From IMG/VR virus record IMGVR_UViG_3300048026_001019, positions 1 through 52,640 of that record: a stretch of DNA of 52,640 nt. The stretch is one strand, 5' to 3'. A program made the position numbers and the translations under genes. Below are positions 8,793 to 18,232 of this stretch, in pieces (positions within the stretch are counted from its first letter, which is position 1; the number at the start of each line of letters is the position of its first letter). The stretch is from a virus (lineage: Duplodnaviria; Caudoviricetes). A model generated the notes under the pieces. The model was not told where the DNA came from, ran no database searches, and worked only from the letters and a program-made list of their open reading frames with translations.

Positions 8793-9166
8793 TAATTTTT
8801 ATCCTTGTAGTCTTGTATTGCTGCTTTAATTGCATCCTCAGCTAGTACTGAGCAATGTATTTTTACTGGAGGAAGTGCAAGTTCGTTAGCTAGATCAACA
8901 TTCTTTATTGATCCTGCATCTTCCAAAGACATGCCTTTAACCCATTCTGTAAGCAAACTACTGCTTGCAATAGCACTTCCGCAACCGTATGTTTTAAACT
9001 TAGCATCTTCTATTATGCCATCTTTTACTTTTATTTGTAAACGCATAACATCTCCGCAAGCCGGAGCACCTACCATTCCAGTTCCGATCCCATCTACTGA
9101 AGGATCCCACTTTCCAACATTACGGGGATTTTCGTAATGGTCCAACACTTTATCTGAATACGCCAT
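8792..9166 (-). CDS. iscU: Fe-S cluster scaffold IscU
   Basis: MAYSDKVLDHYENPRNVG, APACGD, FKTYGCGSAIASSS, LPPVKIHCS. Confidence 0.96.
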   Translation of the reverse strand: MAYSDKVLDHYENPRNVGKWDPSVDGIGTGMVGAPACGDVMRLQIKVKDGIIEDAKFKTYGCGSAIASSSLLTEWVKGMSLEDAGSIKNVDLANELALPPVKIHCSVLAEDAIKAAIQDYKDKN

Positions 9167-9204
9167 ATGATGCGTCCTCTTGTGTATATGTGTATATTTA
9201 GTGT

Positions 9205-9240
9205 AAATTTACGCTTATCACAAGAATAGGCGTAAATTTT
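9205..9240 (-). terminator. Hairpin, probable terminator
   Basis: AAATTTACGC...GCGTAAATTT inverted repeat. Confidence 0.5.
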
Positions 9241-9254
9241 AGCTTAATTTACTT

Positions 9255-9347
9255 CTAATCTGAACTCGGTGGTGCTGGATGCGGTGAAACTGGTGGTTCT
9301 ACTGGTGATGGTGGAACAGGTGGTACTGGGTCTACTGGTTTGTTCAT
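9255..9347 (-). CDS. 30-aa proline-rich micropeptide (not in ORF track)
   Basis: TAAGGAG RBS; MNKPVDPVPPVPPSPVEPPVSPHPAPPSSD*. Confidence 0.65.
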   Translation of the reverse strand: MNKPVDPVPPVPPSPVEPPVSPHPAPPSSD

Positions 9348-9371
9348 AATATTCTCCTTATATTATATTTA

Positions 9372-9447
9372 TGGTGCCGGTGCCAAGATTCGAACTCGGG
9401 ACCTACTGATTACAAATCAGTTGCTCTACCAACTGAGCTACGCCGGC
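9372..9447 (-). tRNA. tRNA-Thr(TGT)
   Basis: 76-nt cloverleaf GCCGGCGTAGCTCAGTTGGTAGAGC...CTGAT-TTGTAA-TCAG...GTTCGAATC...ACCA with encoded CCA. Confidence 0.95.
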
Positions 9448-9455
9448 TCTATAAA

Positions 9456-9836
9456 CTAGTTACAGATCCTTTCGTAGTAAATGACTTGATTGCCATAATG
9501 GTCGTATCTAGAACGTCTTACGTCTCTACAAACATTATTGTGTCTACGATTACTGTTTCTAAAGATTTCGTTAATAATAATTCCACCAATAATAATACCT
9601 GCTATATCATTGTTACGTCTATGGTGTCTACCATAATAAGGTCTATGTCCGTATCTACGATTGTGGTATCCTCTAGGATCGTGCCATCTATTATAATTAT
9701 TGTTATAATATCCACCATAATTATAATTGTTATTATTATAATAATTATTATACCTATGATCTGCTTTTGCAGGTACTGCTAAAAATACAGCAAGTGCAAT
9801 AACTACCAAACATATAATTACTTTAAATTTTTTCAT
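9456..9836 (-). CDS. Secreted Asn/Tyr/Arg/His-rich low-complexity protein
   Basis: AGGAGG RBS, signal peptide ending PAKA, IAGIIIGGIII segment, two C-terminal Cys. Confidence 0.7.
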   Translation of the reverse strand: MKKFKVIICLVVIALAVFLAVPAKADHRYNNYYNNNNYNYGGYYNNNYNRWHDPRGYHNRRYGHRPYYGRHHRRNNDIAGIIIGGIIINEIFRNSNRRHNNVCRDVRRSRYDHYGNQVIYYERICN

Positions 9837-9844
9837 ATAGCCTC

Positions 9845-10054
9845 CTAAGTAAAAAATAATAACTTTGTGTTTCCTGCTATAATCATACAACATGTAACAA
9901 CGTGCAAGACGATCCAGAATGTTCTGGCCGCCAATGCACGTTTAACACTAGTCTGCGATATAGGTAAAAACTCAGGTTTGTCATCGTCAGTTAAGCCTAT
10001 TGGCATTCCAACTGTTCTTGCCCATGTTCTAAGCCATTTTCGCTGACCACTCAT
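9845..10054 (-). CDS. Small membrane protein
   Basis: Coupled ORF with C-terminal hydrophobic helix. Confidence 0.6.
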   Translation of the reverse strand: MSGQRKWLRTWARTVGMPIGLTDDDKPEFLPISQTSVKRALAARTFWIVLHVVTCCMIIAGNTKLLFFT

Positions 10055-10239
10055 TACATGTTGTTCTTCTTTTCTTGAATTTCAGCACGTCTTGACTTAG
10101 ACAATTTGCCGAGATCTCCAAGGGCTTTTCTGGCTCTAGCAGCCGCAGCCTTTACACCTTTTTCATCAAAAGTTTCAGCTTCTGCAAGGTATTGATTAAA
10201 CGCTTGAACAATTTGTTCGTGTTGTGATAATTCACTCAT
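10054..10239 (-). CDS. Histone H1-like (Hc1-type) small basic protein
   Basis: KGVKAAAARARKALGDLGKLSKSRRAEIQEKKN pattern. Confidence 0.7.
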   Translation of the reverse strand: MSELSQHEQIVQAFNQYLAEAETFDEKGVKAAAARARKALGDLGKLSKSRRAEIQEKKNNM

Positions 10240-10843
10240 TCTCTTCTCCTGTAATATAAGAATAAATTTCTTTCCAATTTACTACTTTATGTATGCCATT
10301 AGCAAGTTCTTCATTCATATTGTGGCCGTGTTCGACCAATATTGGACGCAAGCCCTGCTTAAGGCCTGCCTCTGCATTTTCTAACTTATCTTCAATCCAG
10401 AAACAGTTAGAGTCCTTATATTCAGCAAGGGCTTCATCTTTTGGTGCGCCTGTTGCTAAACATATAAGTTTTGTAAAAGCTGATGTTCCAAAAAGCTTTT
10501 CTAAATTCATTCTACGAAGTTTATATGCATAGGTATCTGTGCTCATTGATGTTATACAATGAAACTCATAACCTTTTTCTTCGTGTAGTTTCTTTACATA
10601 ATGCACACTATCTCTTAGTGCTGGTAGAAAGCCCATTGCGGCACTTTCGTTAAACTGCTTTACAAGTTTATGTCCTTTATTATTGGATTCAACATTAAAG
10701 CTTTTGGATATATCATATTGGAAATTTGCACCAGGTTGCTTTTCGTAACCTTGTTGTTCCATCCAACAGCTAAATGCGTACTCCCAATTAAGTAGCACAC
10801 CGTCTGCATCTGTTAATATTAGTTTTTGAGCCTTATTTTTCAT
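10232..10843 (-). CDS. HAD-superfamily phosphatase/nucleotidase (T4 gp30.2-like)
   Basis: LILTDADGVLLNW motif I, CITS, WIEDK motif IV. Confidence 0.8.
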   Translation of the reverse strand: MKNKAQKLILTDADGVLLNWEYAFSCWMEQQGYEKQPGANFQYDISKSFNVESNNKGHKLVKQFNESAAMGFLPALRDSVHYVKKLHEEKGYEFHCITSMSTDTYAYKLRRMNLEKLFGTSAFTKLICLATGAPKDEALAEYKDSNCFWIEDKLENAEAGLKQGLRPILVEHGHNMNEELANGIHKVVNWKEIYSYITGEENE

Positions 10844-10875
10844 ACTTGCCTATCTTTATTTTAGTTTATAATGCT

Positions 10876-10904
10876 ATTATAGCACCAAATGTGATAGTTG
10901 TCAA
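10876..10904 (-). promoter_or_regulatory. Sigma70-type promoter
   Basis: TTGACA-17 nt-TATAAT. Confidence 0.8.
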
Positions 10905-10909
10905 GTCTT

Positions 10910-11701
10910 TTATGGAGTACTAAATCCATTTGATTGTAGTACTGTTTGATATTGGCTAAAAACACTGCTTCTTCCGCCGTCTGGCCCCCAACATCGTTTG
11001 GCTCCTGTATCACAATGTATAAACCCATTATATACACCTATTCCTGTAAATCCAGCATCACAAGCCATTTGGATAAATTCTATGCGTTCACTAAATGTTC
11101 CAACTGGCCATCGAATATCAAAAGCAATCCCCTCTGTATGCTTGCTCTTTTTGGCTCCTCCAATTTCTCGATTATATTGTAACGGTCTAAATGCACTGTT
11201 TATTTGTAATGGTCTGCCAAATGTTTTTGCAAGGCCTTCTAGTTGTTTCCATGCACCTTCAGTAACTGCTGTACTGACTTGAGGTTCTGGTATTATCCAA
11301 TCTGATTGTCTTTGATCATCTTGAAACGGCGTTGTTGCATCTAAATCATTGCCTCTTGGATGTTGTGAAAAGCTAGGACCAGTTCCAGCCGCAGCTGAGC
11401 CAGGCGCTCCTAATATTCCGGTAAAGCCGTTTACAGGATTAAATCCTTTTCCACTACCTGGATCAAATTGCTCTAAAGGCTCATTTATATCCATATCACC
11501 GCCCGCGGCCATTTCGGCAGATAGATCTGATAATATTGCTCTTCCTTGGTCTTCACTAATGCCTTGAAGATCTTCAAATCCTAATGCATCCGAAAGTGTT
11601 CCACCAATAATCGGACCACCATTGATATAGACATCATCTGACCCTGTAACAGACATATTTTCGCCTGTATCAAAATCTCCAACTCTATGTGCTTTTGGCA
11701 T
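10910..11701 (-). CDS. Peptidase M15A-like endopeptidase with PAAR-like N-terminal segment
   Basis: INSAFR..YN..IGGA..SKH..GIAFD...GIGVY..FIHCD; N-terminus MPKAHRVGD..TGSDDVYING. Confidence 0.8.
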   Translation of the reverse strand: MPKAHRVGDFDTGENMSVTGSDDVYINGGPIIGGTLSDALGFEDLQGISEDQGRAILSDLSAEMAAGGDMDINEPLEQFDPGSGKGFNPVNGFTGILGAPGSAAAGTGPSFSQHPRGNDLDATTPFQDDQRQSDWIIPEPQVSTAVTEGAWKQLEGLAKTFGRPLQINSAFRPLQYNREIGGAKKSKHTEGIAFDIRWPVGTFSERIEFIQMACDAGFTGIGVYNGFIHCDTGAKRCWGPDGGRSSVFSQYQTVLQSNGFSTP

Positions 11702-11719
11702 TATAACTCCTAATTAAAA

Positions 11720-12604
11720 CTATTGAGGGCCAGTTGCTCTTGGATCAGCTACAGCCCCTAAAGAGGATCGTGCTTCTGCATCATGCACGTAATTTTTACC
11801 ATCTTCACCTGCGGATCCCGTCTTAGATTGATATCCTAATGGATCACCTAATGCTCTATCTATCGCATATTTTTCTATTACTGGGAATGTTCCAAAGCGT
11901 CCATCGTCTTCACTATCTGCTCCTTCTTTTTCCCAATAATACTTCCCACTTACTCTAATCAATACTTTTTTCATCAATGCTTCGTCATCAGTAGGAATAT
12001 TAAGTTTAACTAATATAGCATGTCTTTCGGTTTGATTTACAATAGTTTTGCTTCCGGCTGCAGCTGGAGGTGTAACACCTTTATTTCCGGATTGTTGCAT
12101 AGCTATTTTTTGAGCATCCTTAGTTAATGGGTTAATTATTCCCGTTGCTGGATTGAATATATCTGAAGATGAATTGGCATTTGGTAATGCTAGTTTTTCT
12201 CTTGATCTAACTGGTGGCCAGCGTTTGTCACTAATGCTAGGATCTACAACCTCATCGTCAGGAACAGGTGGACCAATAACAATTTTGTCAATATTTTCTT
12301 GTGTTGTGCCGTCACCGTCTTTGCCTACCTTAGTATTCATGACTTCGCCAACACCAACTTCTTTAATTTGCTTTCTTATTGCTTCTGCATTGGCAGCGCC
12401 ATTATTACTGATAGCCACTGCAAGTAAGGCTTTCTGTATGTCGTTCATTACATGACTTGTAACTGCACCTTGGTTCGGATCTTCCATTACTTTTCTAAGC
12501 AGTCTTACATCATCACGTATGCCTGTGAGAGCTACAATAATTCTATTAAGCTCGTCTGTATAATCTGTATGTGTAAAATCAACTGATGGCATTATGCTTT
12601 CCAA
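11720..12604 (-). CDS. Hypothetical protein, probably virion/baseplate-associated
   Basis: Long ORF between two peptidase-like genes. Confidence 0.6.
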   Translation of the reverse strand: MESIMPSVDFTHTDYTDELNRIIVALTGIRDDVRLLRKVMEDPNQGAVTSHVMNDIQKALLAVAISNNGAANAEAIRKQIKEVGVGEVMNTKVGKDGDGTTQENIDKIVIGPPVPDDEVVDPSISDKRWPPVRSREKLALPNANSSSDIFNPATGIINPLTKDAQKIAMQQSGNKGVTPPAAAGSKTIVNQTERHAILVKLNIPTDDEALMKKVLIRVSGKYYWEKEGADSEDDGRFGTFPVIEKYAIDRALGDPLGYQSKTGSAGEDGKNYVHDAEARSSLGAVADPRATGPQ

Positions 12605-13722
12605 ACATCTTGAAGAGCTACTGGAGCAAGAGCAAATGTTGGAGCATACTTTCTAGAAGGATCTCTACCTCCCCAACAATTGCCTGGCTTAATTCCTGTA
12701 AGATCGCCTGCCGCTTGTCCTGTAAGTGCAATATCAATATGTATTCCTGTGTCGTTCATATAGGTATTACCAAATCCTGCAGCTGTTGCTCCTGCACCTT
12801 TAGCCAATTCTACAAAATTAATCATTACTCGAAAATCTGCTTTTGATTGGGCATTTAGTGCCTTTTTAAATTTATCATGATAAAGATAGACATCTGCGCC
12901 ATACCCTAAGTCATGCCTGTTTGATCCTGTTCTTGATACGTTTTTGATACCGCCGTCTACGTATCGTAGTTGTCCACCTGAAAAGATTGCAGCATTTACT
13001 CCGGCACCACCTGCAGCTGATTTAATTATATTCATTAATGCATCTTGTATAGGTCTATTTCTAATCTTACCTTGATTAGCATATTTTACAATTCCACTGC
13101 CGCCACCGGTTGGTGACAAGCCTGAAGCTTTTAGATCTTCTAATGAAATATCATTTGGTGATTTAAATATTGGAGAGCCGTCGCCATACGGTGGAGGATC
13201 AATCTCTGGCGTTTTAATTTCATCTGATTTAGCATATCCAACAGGTTTCCCGTCAGGACCTCGTGACGTTAGCCCTCCTGAATAACTTGTATATTTGCCG
13301 CCAGCTCTTATACTAGCAAAATTCTTTTCATGTAAATCATCAAAATTACTTGGTCTTGCAAGTTCAGCATTAATATGTGCTAACACATCAGCTTCTTCGA
13401 AATTAAGTTCTTTTGCCGCTTGTAATATTCTAGCTTCAGGAGTAGGTGCGTTAGTATCTGCTGTTCTTGTATAATTACCTTTTTTATAATCTGTAGCCCT
13501 ATTAGTAATAATTCTCATATCAGCTTGAATGTCTTCAAACAAGCTAGCTATTTCACCAAAATGTAATTTGTAACCATCGTCAAAATGTAAATGACTGTGT
13601 TCACCTTCAACGGAATCACTGATATCACCATCGTCTCGGTCGATGGCCGTGTGCTGCATAGTGTTGCCAGGATGTCCTGATTCTTCTGTATTAGGAGTTG
13701 ATGGAGTAGTGTTAGCGGCCAT
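12592..13722 (-). CDS. Protein with C-terminal LAS/M15-like metallopeptidase motifs
   Basis: SNRHDLGYGADV (Hx6D) and GIHIDI (HxD). Confidence 0.6.
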   Translation of the reverse strand: MAANTTPSTPNTEESGHPGNTMQHTAIDRDDGDISDSVEGEHSHLHFDDGYKLHFGEIASLFEDIQADMRIITNRATDYKKGNYTRTADTNAPTPEARILQAAKELNFEEADVLAHINAELARPSNFDDLHEKNFASIRAGGKYTSYSGGLTSRGPDGKPVGYAKSDEIKTPEIDPPPYGDGSPIFKSPNDISLEDLKASGLSPTGGGSGIVKYANQGKIRNRPIQDALMNIIKSAAGGAGVNAAIFSGGQLRYVDGGIKNVSRTGSNRHDLGYGADVYLYHDKFKKALNAQSKADFRVMINFVELAKGAGATAAGFGNTYMNDTGIHIDIALTGQAAGDLTGIKPGNCWGGRDPSRKYAPTFALAPVALQDVWKA

Positions 13723-13723
13723 A

Positions 13724-14023
13724 CTAGCTCACCTGTGATGCATACTGTGTCGCTACATCTTCGTCTGTTGCATTGGCGCAAAGAATATTTACACTGTTTA
13801 TTTCAACATTGCTTAATGTTGCCATTGTAGATGACAGTGGACCAAACAGGGCTTTTGTAATTCCTGTATCAGCTACTGATGTTGTTCCGTTAATAACAAG
13901 AGGTTTATTAACTTTGATTGAAGACGCAGATTCAGATATAAATTTAGCAACAATTTCAACACCCTGAACTGTTCTAATAGTAATTATATCGTCTGCTTCT
14001 ACTGTTGTTTGTAATAGTGCCAT
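13724..14023 (-). CDS. Small beta-rich hypothetical protein (Sm-like pattern)
   Basis: DIITIRTVQGVEIVAK...VNKPL. Confidence 0.55.
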   Translation of the reverse strand: MALLQTTVEADDIITIRTVQGVEIVAKFISESASSIKVNKPLVINGTTSVADTGITKALFGPLSSTMATLSNVEINSVNILCANATDEDVATQYASQVS

Positions 14024-14286
14024 TATAATGTGTACCCCGTTCCATTAAATCCTGTGTTTTCTATATATGTATTTAACTGATTATAACCGCCAATTACTTC
14101 ACTATTGATAATAATTTGTGGCATTGTTCGGGCAGATGGTGCTATTTCTAGCAATTCTTCTCTAGTCAAATCGTCACCTAATGTTCTTGTAGTGTACTTT
14201 ATATCCATTCTGTCTAATAAAGCTTTTGCTTTATCACAGTACGGACACATTGGTTTTGATAATACAACAACATTTGGGGAACTCAT
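14023..14286 (-). CDS. Glutaredoxin
   Basis: CPYC, RTMPQI, IGGY; follows nrdB. Confidence 0.93.
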   Translation of the reverse strand: MSSPNVVVLSKPMCPYCDKAKALLDRMDIKYTTRTLGDDLTREELLEIAPSARTMPQIIINSEVIGGYNQLNTYIENTGFNGTGYTL

Positions 14287-15386
14287 AGTGAGAAACCTTT
14301 TAACGCATCTTCGTCAACGTCTTGCTTGATCCCGCCGATAACATAAGACTCAACTTCTGTTTCTTGCGGTGCAACTTGTAGCCCAGAGCTACTTAACCAA
14401 TGCTGTGTCCACGGTAATGGATTTTGTGTAGTTGATTGTTCAAATATTAATGGCAAGCCTAGTGCTTTAAGTCTGCGGTTAGCAATATATTCTACATACT
14501 TGTGTAGTAATGTTTCATTCAAACCAATCATAGATCCATCTTTGAATAGATACTCTGCCCAGTCCTTTTCTTCTGCAACACATTCACGCCACATGTCTAG
14601 TACTTCTTCTTGGCACTCTTTAGCAATGTCTACCATTTCAGGATCGTCTTTACCTTGCGACCATAGTTTTAATACGTGTGTGCTAAGTGCTAAATGTTGG
14701 CTTTCATCTCTAGCAATAAGACTAATAATCTTAGCACTACCTTCCATTAGTTTCAGCTCACCAAATGCAAACGTACATGCGAAACTAACATAAAACCGTA
14801 GTCCTTCTAGTATGTTTACATTATGCATTGCAAGATACAGTTTCTTCTTTACATCTCGCATTGATCCTTTTTTATGATGTGTGTAAGCATCTGCTGCTTC
14901 TGTAAATGCGTCATAGTTTTTAGTAACGCTAGTTGCTCTTGCAATGATTTTCTTATCATCAAGTATAGTATCAAATACTTCTGCAGGGTCAGGATACACG
15001 TTCTTCATAATATGTGTGTAGCTACGTGAATGAATTGTTTCAAAGAAATCCCAAGTAACAATACATCCTTCTAGTTCAGGAAGTGAAACATGCGGTAAGA
15101 ATGCCAAGCATGGACCACGACCTTGGACACTGTCTAACAAAGTTTGATATTTTAAATTACTTGTAAAAATATGCTTTTGTTCAGGACGGAAGTTTTGAAA
15201 ATCAGCACGATCCTTCTGTAGACTTACTTCTTCAGGACGCCAAAAGTACCCTAGCATTGTTTGATTTAATTTATCGAACACAGGGTGTCTAAAAACGTCA
15301 TAACGCTGTGTGTTTTGATCTGCACCAAAGAACATATGCTCTTTAGTAAAATCTACTTTTTCTTGATTGAATACTGATTTTGCCAT
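14283..15386 (-). CDS. nrdB: Class Ia ribonucleotide reductase beta subunit
   Basis: FWRPEE, LLDSVQGR, ETIHSRSY, LEGLRFYVSF, RDESQH, VAPQE. Confidence 0.97.
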   Translation of the reverse strand: MAKSVFNQEKVDFTKEHMFFGADQNTQRYDVFRHPVFDKLNQTMLGYFWRPEEVSLQKDRADFQNFRPEQKHIFTSNLKYQTLLDSVQGRGPCLAFLPHVSLPELEGCIVTWDFFETIHSRSYTHIMKNVYPDPAEVFDTILDDKKIIARATSVTKNYDAFTEAADAYTHHKKGSMRDVKKKLYLAMHNVNILEGLRFYVSFACTFAFGELKLMEGSAKIISLIARDESQHLALSTHVLKLWSQGKDDPEMVDIAKECQEEVLDMWRECVAEEKDWAEYLFKDGSMIGLNETLLHKYVEYIANRRLKALGLPLIFEQSTTQNPLPWTQHWLSSSGLQVAPQETEVESYVIGGIKQDVDEDALKGFSL

Positions 15387-15454
15387 AGTGGCCCTACTTC
15401 CTCTTATTGTCTATGCTCTTTTAGTTTATACTATATTTAACAAATTGTCAAGTA

Positions 15455-17773
15455 TTAAATTGCACAAGCTTCACATTCTTCCTCATTTTCTTCTGGAGTT
15501 ACATAAGGATTTTGTGTAGTTAGTGGTGCTTCAATAGTTGGCTCGTCGTCAATTTCACTAGGATCTGTTTTATAATCATATGTGTTTTGATAATAGCTTG
15601 TTTTCCAACCCATTTTATACGTAGTTAATAAGTCTTTCATCATTACACTCATCGGAACTTCGTTGTTAGGAAACTGTGTTGGATTGTATGACCAGTTACC
15701 ACTTATAGCTTGGTCAAAGAATTTTTGCATTACTGCTACAATATTAATGTAGCCTTCATTGCTAGGCATTTCCCATAATAGTGTGTATTGATTCTTTAGC
15801 TTTTGATACTGCGGAACAATCTGCTTAAGAGGCCCTTTCTTGGACTTCTTAACGGACAGGTATCCGCGTGGTGGTTCGATTCCGTTAGTCGCGTTCGACA
15901 CAACGGAACTGCTTTCTGATGGCATCTGAGCGGACAACGTGCTATGTCGAAGCCCGTGTTCTCCAATGCTCTTACGTAAACTATTCCAATCATACTTTAA
16001 TTTTTTACCAACAATATTATCTAATTCTTCTTTGTATGTGTCAATTGGTAATATGCCTTCACTGTATTTAGTGCGGTCATAGTACTCACATGCACCACGT
16101 TCTTGTGCAAGTTTGTTTGAAGCTTTAAGCAGATAGAATTGGAAAGCTTCTGATAGATCATGCACTAACTGCCATGCTTCTTTATCTTCATACTTAACAT
16201 GATTGTGTGCTAGGTAATGTGCTAGACCAATATAACCTACGCCTAGTGATCGCCTGGCCTTAGTAGACTTTTCAGCTGCCGCAATAGGATAACGCTGATA
16301 GTCAATGATTTCTTCTAACGCTCTCACAGCTAGTTCACATAGTTCTTCTAGTTCATTTAATTCTCTTAGAGTACCTACGTTAATAGCACTTAATATGCAA
16401 AGAGCAATTTCGCCTTCAGGATCATCAATATGTTCTAGTGGCTTGGTTGGTAGTGTAATCTCTTGGCATAAGTTGCTCATATAAACTTTGTCTTTAAATG
16501 AACTGTGTGTATTACAGTGATCAACATTCATAATATAGATACGTCCTGTTTCTGCACGTTCTTTTATTAGTGCTGAAAACAAGTCCATTGCTGATATCTT
16601 TTTCTTTTTAACACTAGTAGCACGTTCATACTTTTCGTACATCTCTTTAAACTCGTCTGCATCACCAAAATATGCTTCGTACAGTCCTGGTACGTCATGT
16701 GGTGAGAAAAGAGTTATGTCTCCGCCGGACAACAACCTTTCATACATTGTTTTGTTTAGTTGAATTGAATAATCTAGTTTGCGTACACGGTTGTCTTCTG
16801 TACCTTTGTTGTTCTTAAGTACAAGGATGTCTTCAATTTCTTGATGCCAAAAAGGAAAGTGTGTAGTAGCTGAACCGCCACGTACACCATTTTGTGTACA
16901 ACATCTTACAGTTGATTCGAACTTTTTTAGGAACGGAATGATGCCAGTGTGTGCTACTTCTCCTCCCCTAATTTTAGAGTTGACTCCACGGATCCGTCCA
17001 GCGTTAATTCCAATACCTGCACGTTGGGCTGTGTATCTACCAATGGCCATATCACTAGCAAAGATGCTGTCAAGAGTATCATTGCTGTCAACGAGAACAC
17101 AACTCGCAAACTGTCTAACTGGGGTTCTAACTCCTGCCATGACTGGCGTCGGAATGTTGATCTTGAAAAGCGATGTCGCATTATAGTATCTCCTTACATA
17201 CTGTAAACGTGTTTCTTTTGGGTACTGTGAAAACAATGTTGCCGCAATCATCATATACATAAATTGCGGAGTTTCAAACAATTGATTGTTGCTTCTATCT
17301 TGACAAAGATACTTGTCAACTACTTGACGCATACCTGCATAGGTAAAGTGTTCATCACGAGGGTGACAAATGTAACTGTCAAGTTTGGCAATTTCTTCTT
17401 CTGTATAATAATTTAAAAACTCAGGATCATAAACACCACGCTCAATGTTTAGGTTAATCATTTCTTTTAATGGAATAGGTTTGAACTCACCAAACACTTG
17501 CTTGTTAACTGTATAACTCAACAGTCTTGCTGCCGCTGTTTGGTAATTAGGATTTTCTAATGAAATAAGATCGTTGGCGCTACGTATTAAAATCTCTTGA
17601 ATTTCTTCTGTAGTCATACCATCATAAAACTGTAAGTTGGCATTCATTTCAATTTGACTAGAGCTAACACCAGCAAGGTCTTTACATGCTTCCTCTACTA
17701 CGAAATGTATTTTATCAATGTTTAGATTTTCTTTTGTACCGTCACGTTTGACGATCATTATGCCATTACTCAT
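15455..17773 (-). CDS. nrdA: Class Ia ribonucleotide reductase alpha subunit with ATP cone
   Basis: VKRDG, PTPVMAG, FASC, SNLCQEI, KTSYY, C-terminal CEAC; no intein seen. Confidence 0.97.
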   Translation of the reverse strand: MSNGIMIVKRDGTKENLNIDKIHFVVEEACKDLAGVSSSQIEMNANLQFYDGMTTEEIQEILIRSANDLISLENPNYQTAAARLLSYTVNKQVFGEFKPIPLKEMINLNIERGVYDPEFLNYYTEEEIAKLDSYICHPRDEHFTYAGMRQVVDKYLCQDRSNNQLFETPQFMYMMIAATLFSQYPKETRLQYVRRYYNATSLFKINIPTPVMAGVRTPVRQFASCVLVDSNDTLDSIFASDMAIGRYTAQRAGIGINAGRIRGVNSKIRGGEVAHTGIIPFLKKFESTVRCCTQNGVRGGSATTHFPFWHQEIEDILVLKNNKGTEDNRVRKLDYSIQLNKTMYERLLSGGDITLFSPHDVPGLYEAYFGDADEFKEMYEKYERATSVKKKKISAMDLFSALIKERAETGRIYIMNVDHCNTHSSFKDKVYMSNLCQEITLPTKPLEHIDDPEGEIALCILSAINVGTLRELNELEELCELAVRALEEIIDYQRYPIAAAEKSTKARRSLGVGYIGLAHYLAHNHVKYEDKEAWQLVHDLSEAFQFYLLKASNKLAQERGACEYYDRTKYSEGILPIDTYKEELDNIVGKKLKYDWNSLRKSIGEHGLRHSTLSAQMPSESSSVVSNATNGIEPPRGYLSVKKSKKGPLKQIVPQYQKLKNQYTLLWEMPSNEGYINIVAVMQKFFDQAISGNWSYNPTQFPNNEVPMSVMMKDLLTTYKMGWKTSYYQNTYDYKTDPSEIDDEPTIEAPLTTQNPYVTPEENEEECEACAI

Positions 17774-17797
17774 GTTCTCTCCTGTTGTTTTCAATAT

Positions 17798-18223
17798 TTA
17801 GTTTAGGGCCGGCATGGGATACTCATGATGCGAAATAATACTGTTTGGAAGTTGATTAATTTGAACATGTGTACCTTCTGTGTAGCCTATGACACGATCC
17901 CCGACATATAGTAGATAATACGTTGATGACTTTTCCTGGTCGTGTGTAATATGTATCTCAAAACTTTCCCCTGATAAAATGTCAGTTAACTGCAAGGTGT
18001 AACAAATTGCAAGAATCTTAACGAAGGGACAATAAATATTTTCCTTAATTAATTCCCAAGGATCAGGCCACGAGCTTGGCGTGTAAGGATCTGTCTGTAT
18101 ATTAACTAACGGAGCATGACTAAAAAAATCTATAGTATCTTGGATTGGGTCGTGTGAAGTTTCTAGTGTGGATCTAAATTCTGCCCATGATGCTAATCTG
18201 TCTTCGTATTGCTTGTCGTACAT
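17798..18223 (-). CDS. Hypothetical phage protein
   Basis: 141-aa ORF with WPDPWELI motif. Confidence 0.65.
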   Translation of the reverse strand: MYDKQYEDRLASWAEFRSTLETSHDPIQDTIDFFSHAPLVNIQTDPYTPSSWPDPWELIKENIYCPFVKILAICYTLQLTDILSGESFEIHITHDQEKSSTYYLLYVGDRVIGYTEGTHVQINQLPNSIISHHEYPMPALN

Positions 18224-18232
18224 TTCCTACCG

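Noticed and set aside
9690-9752. ATT/ATA-rich tandem-like repeats
   Set aside because: Explained by Asn/Tyr codons of the secreted low-complexity protein; not a DNA repeat array
14283-17773. Introns or inteins in nrdA/nrdB
   Set aside because: Both are uninterrupted and of normal length
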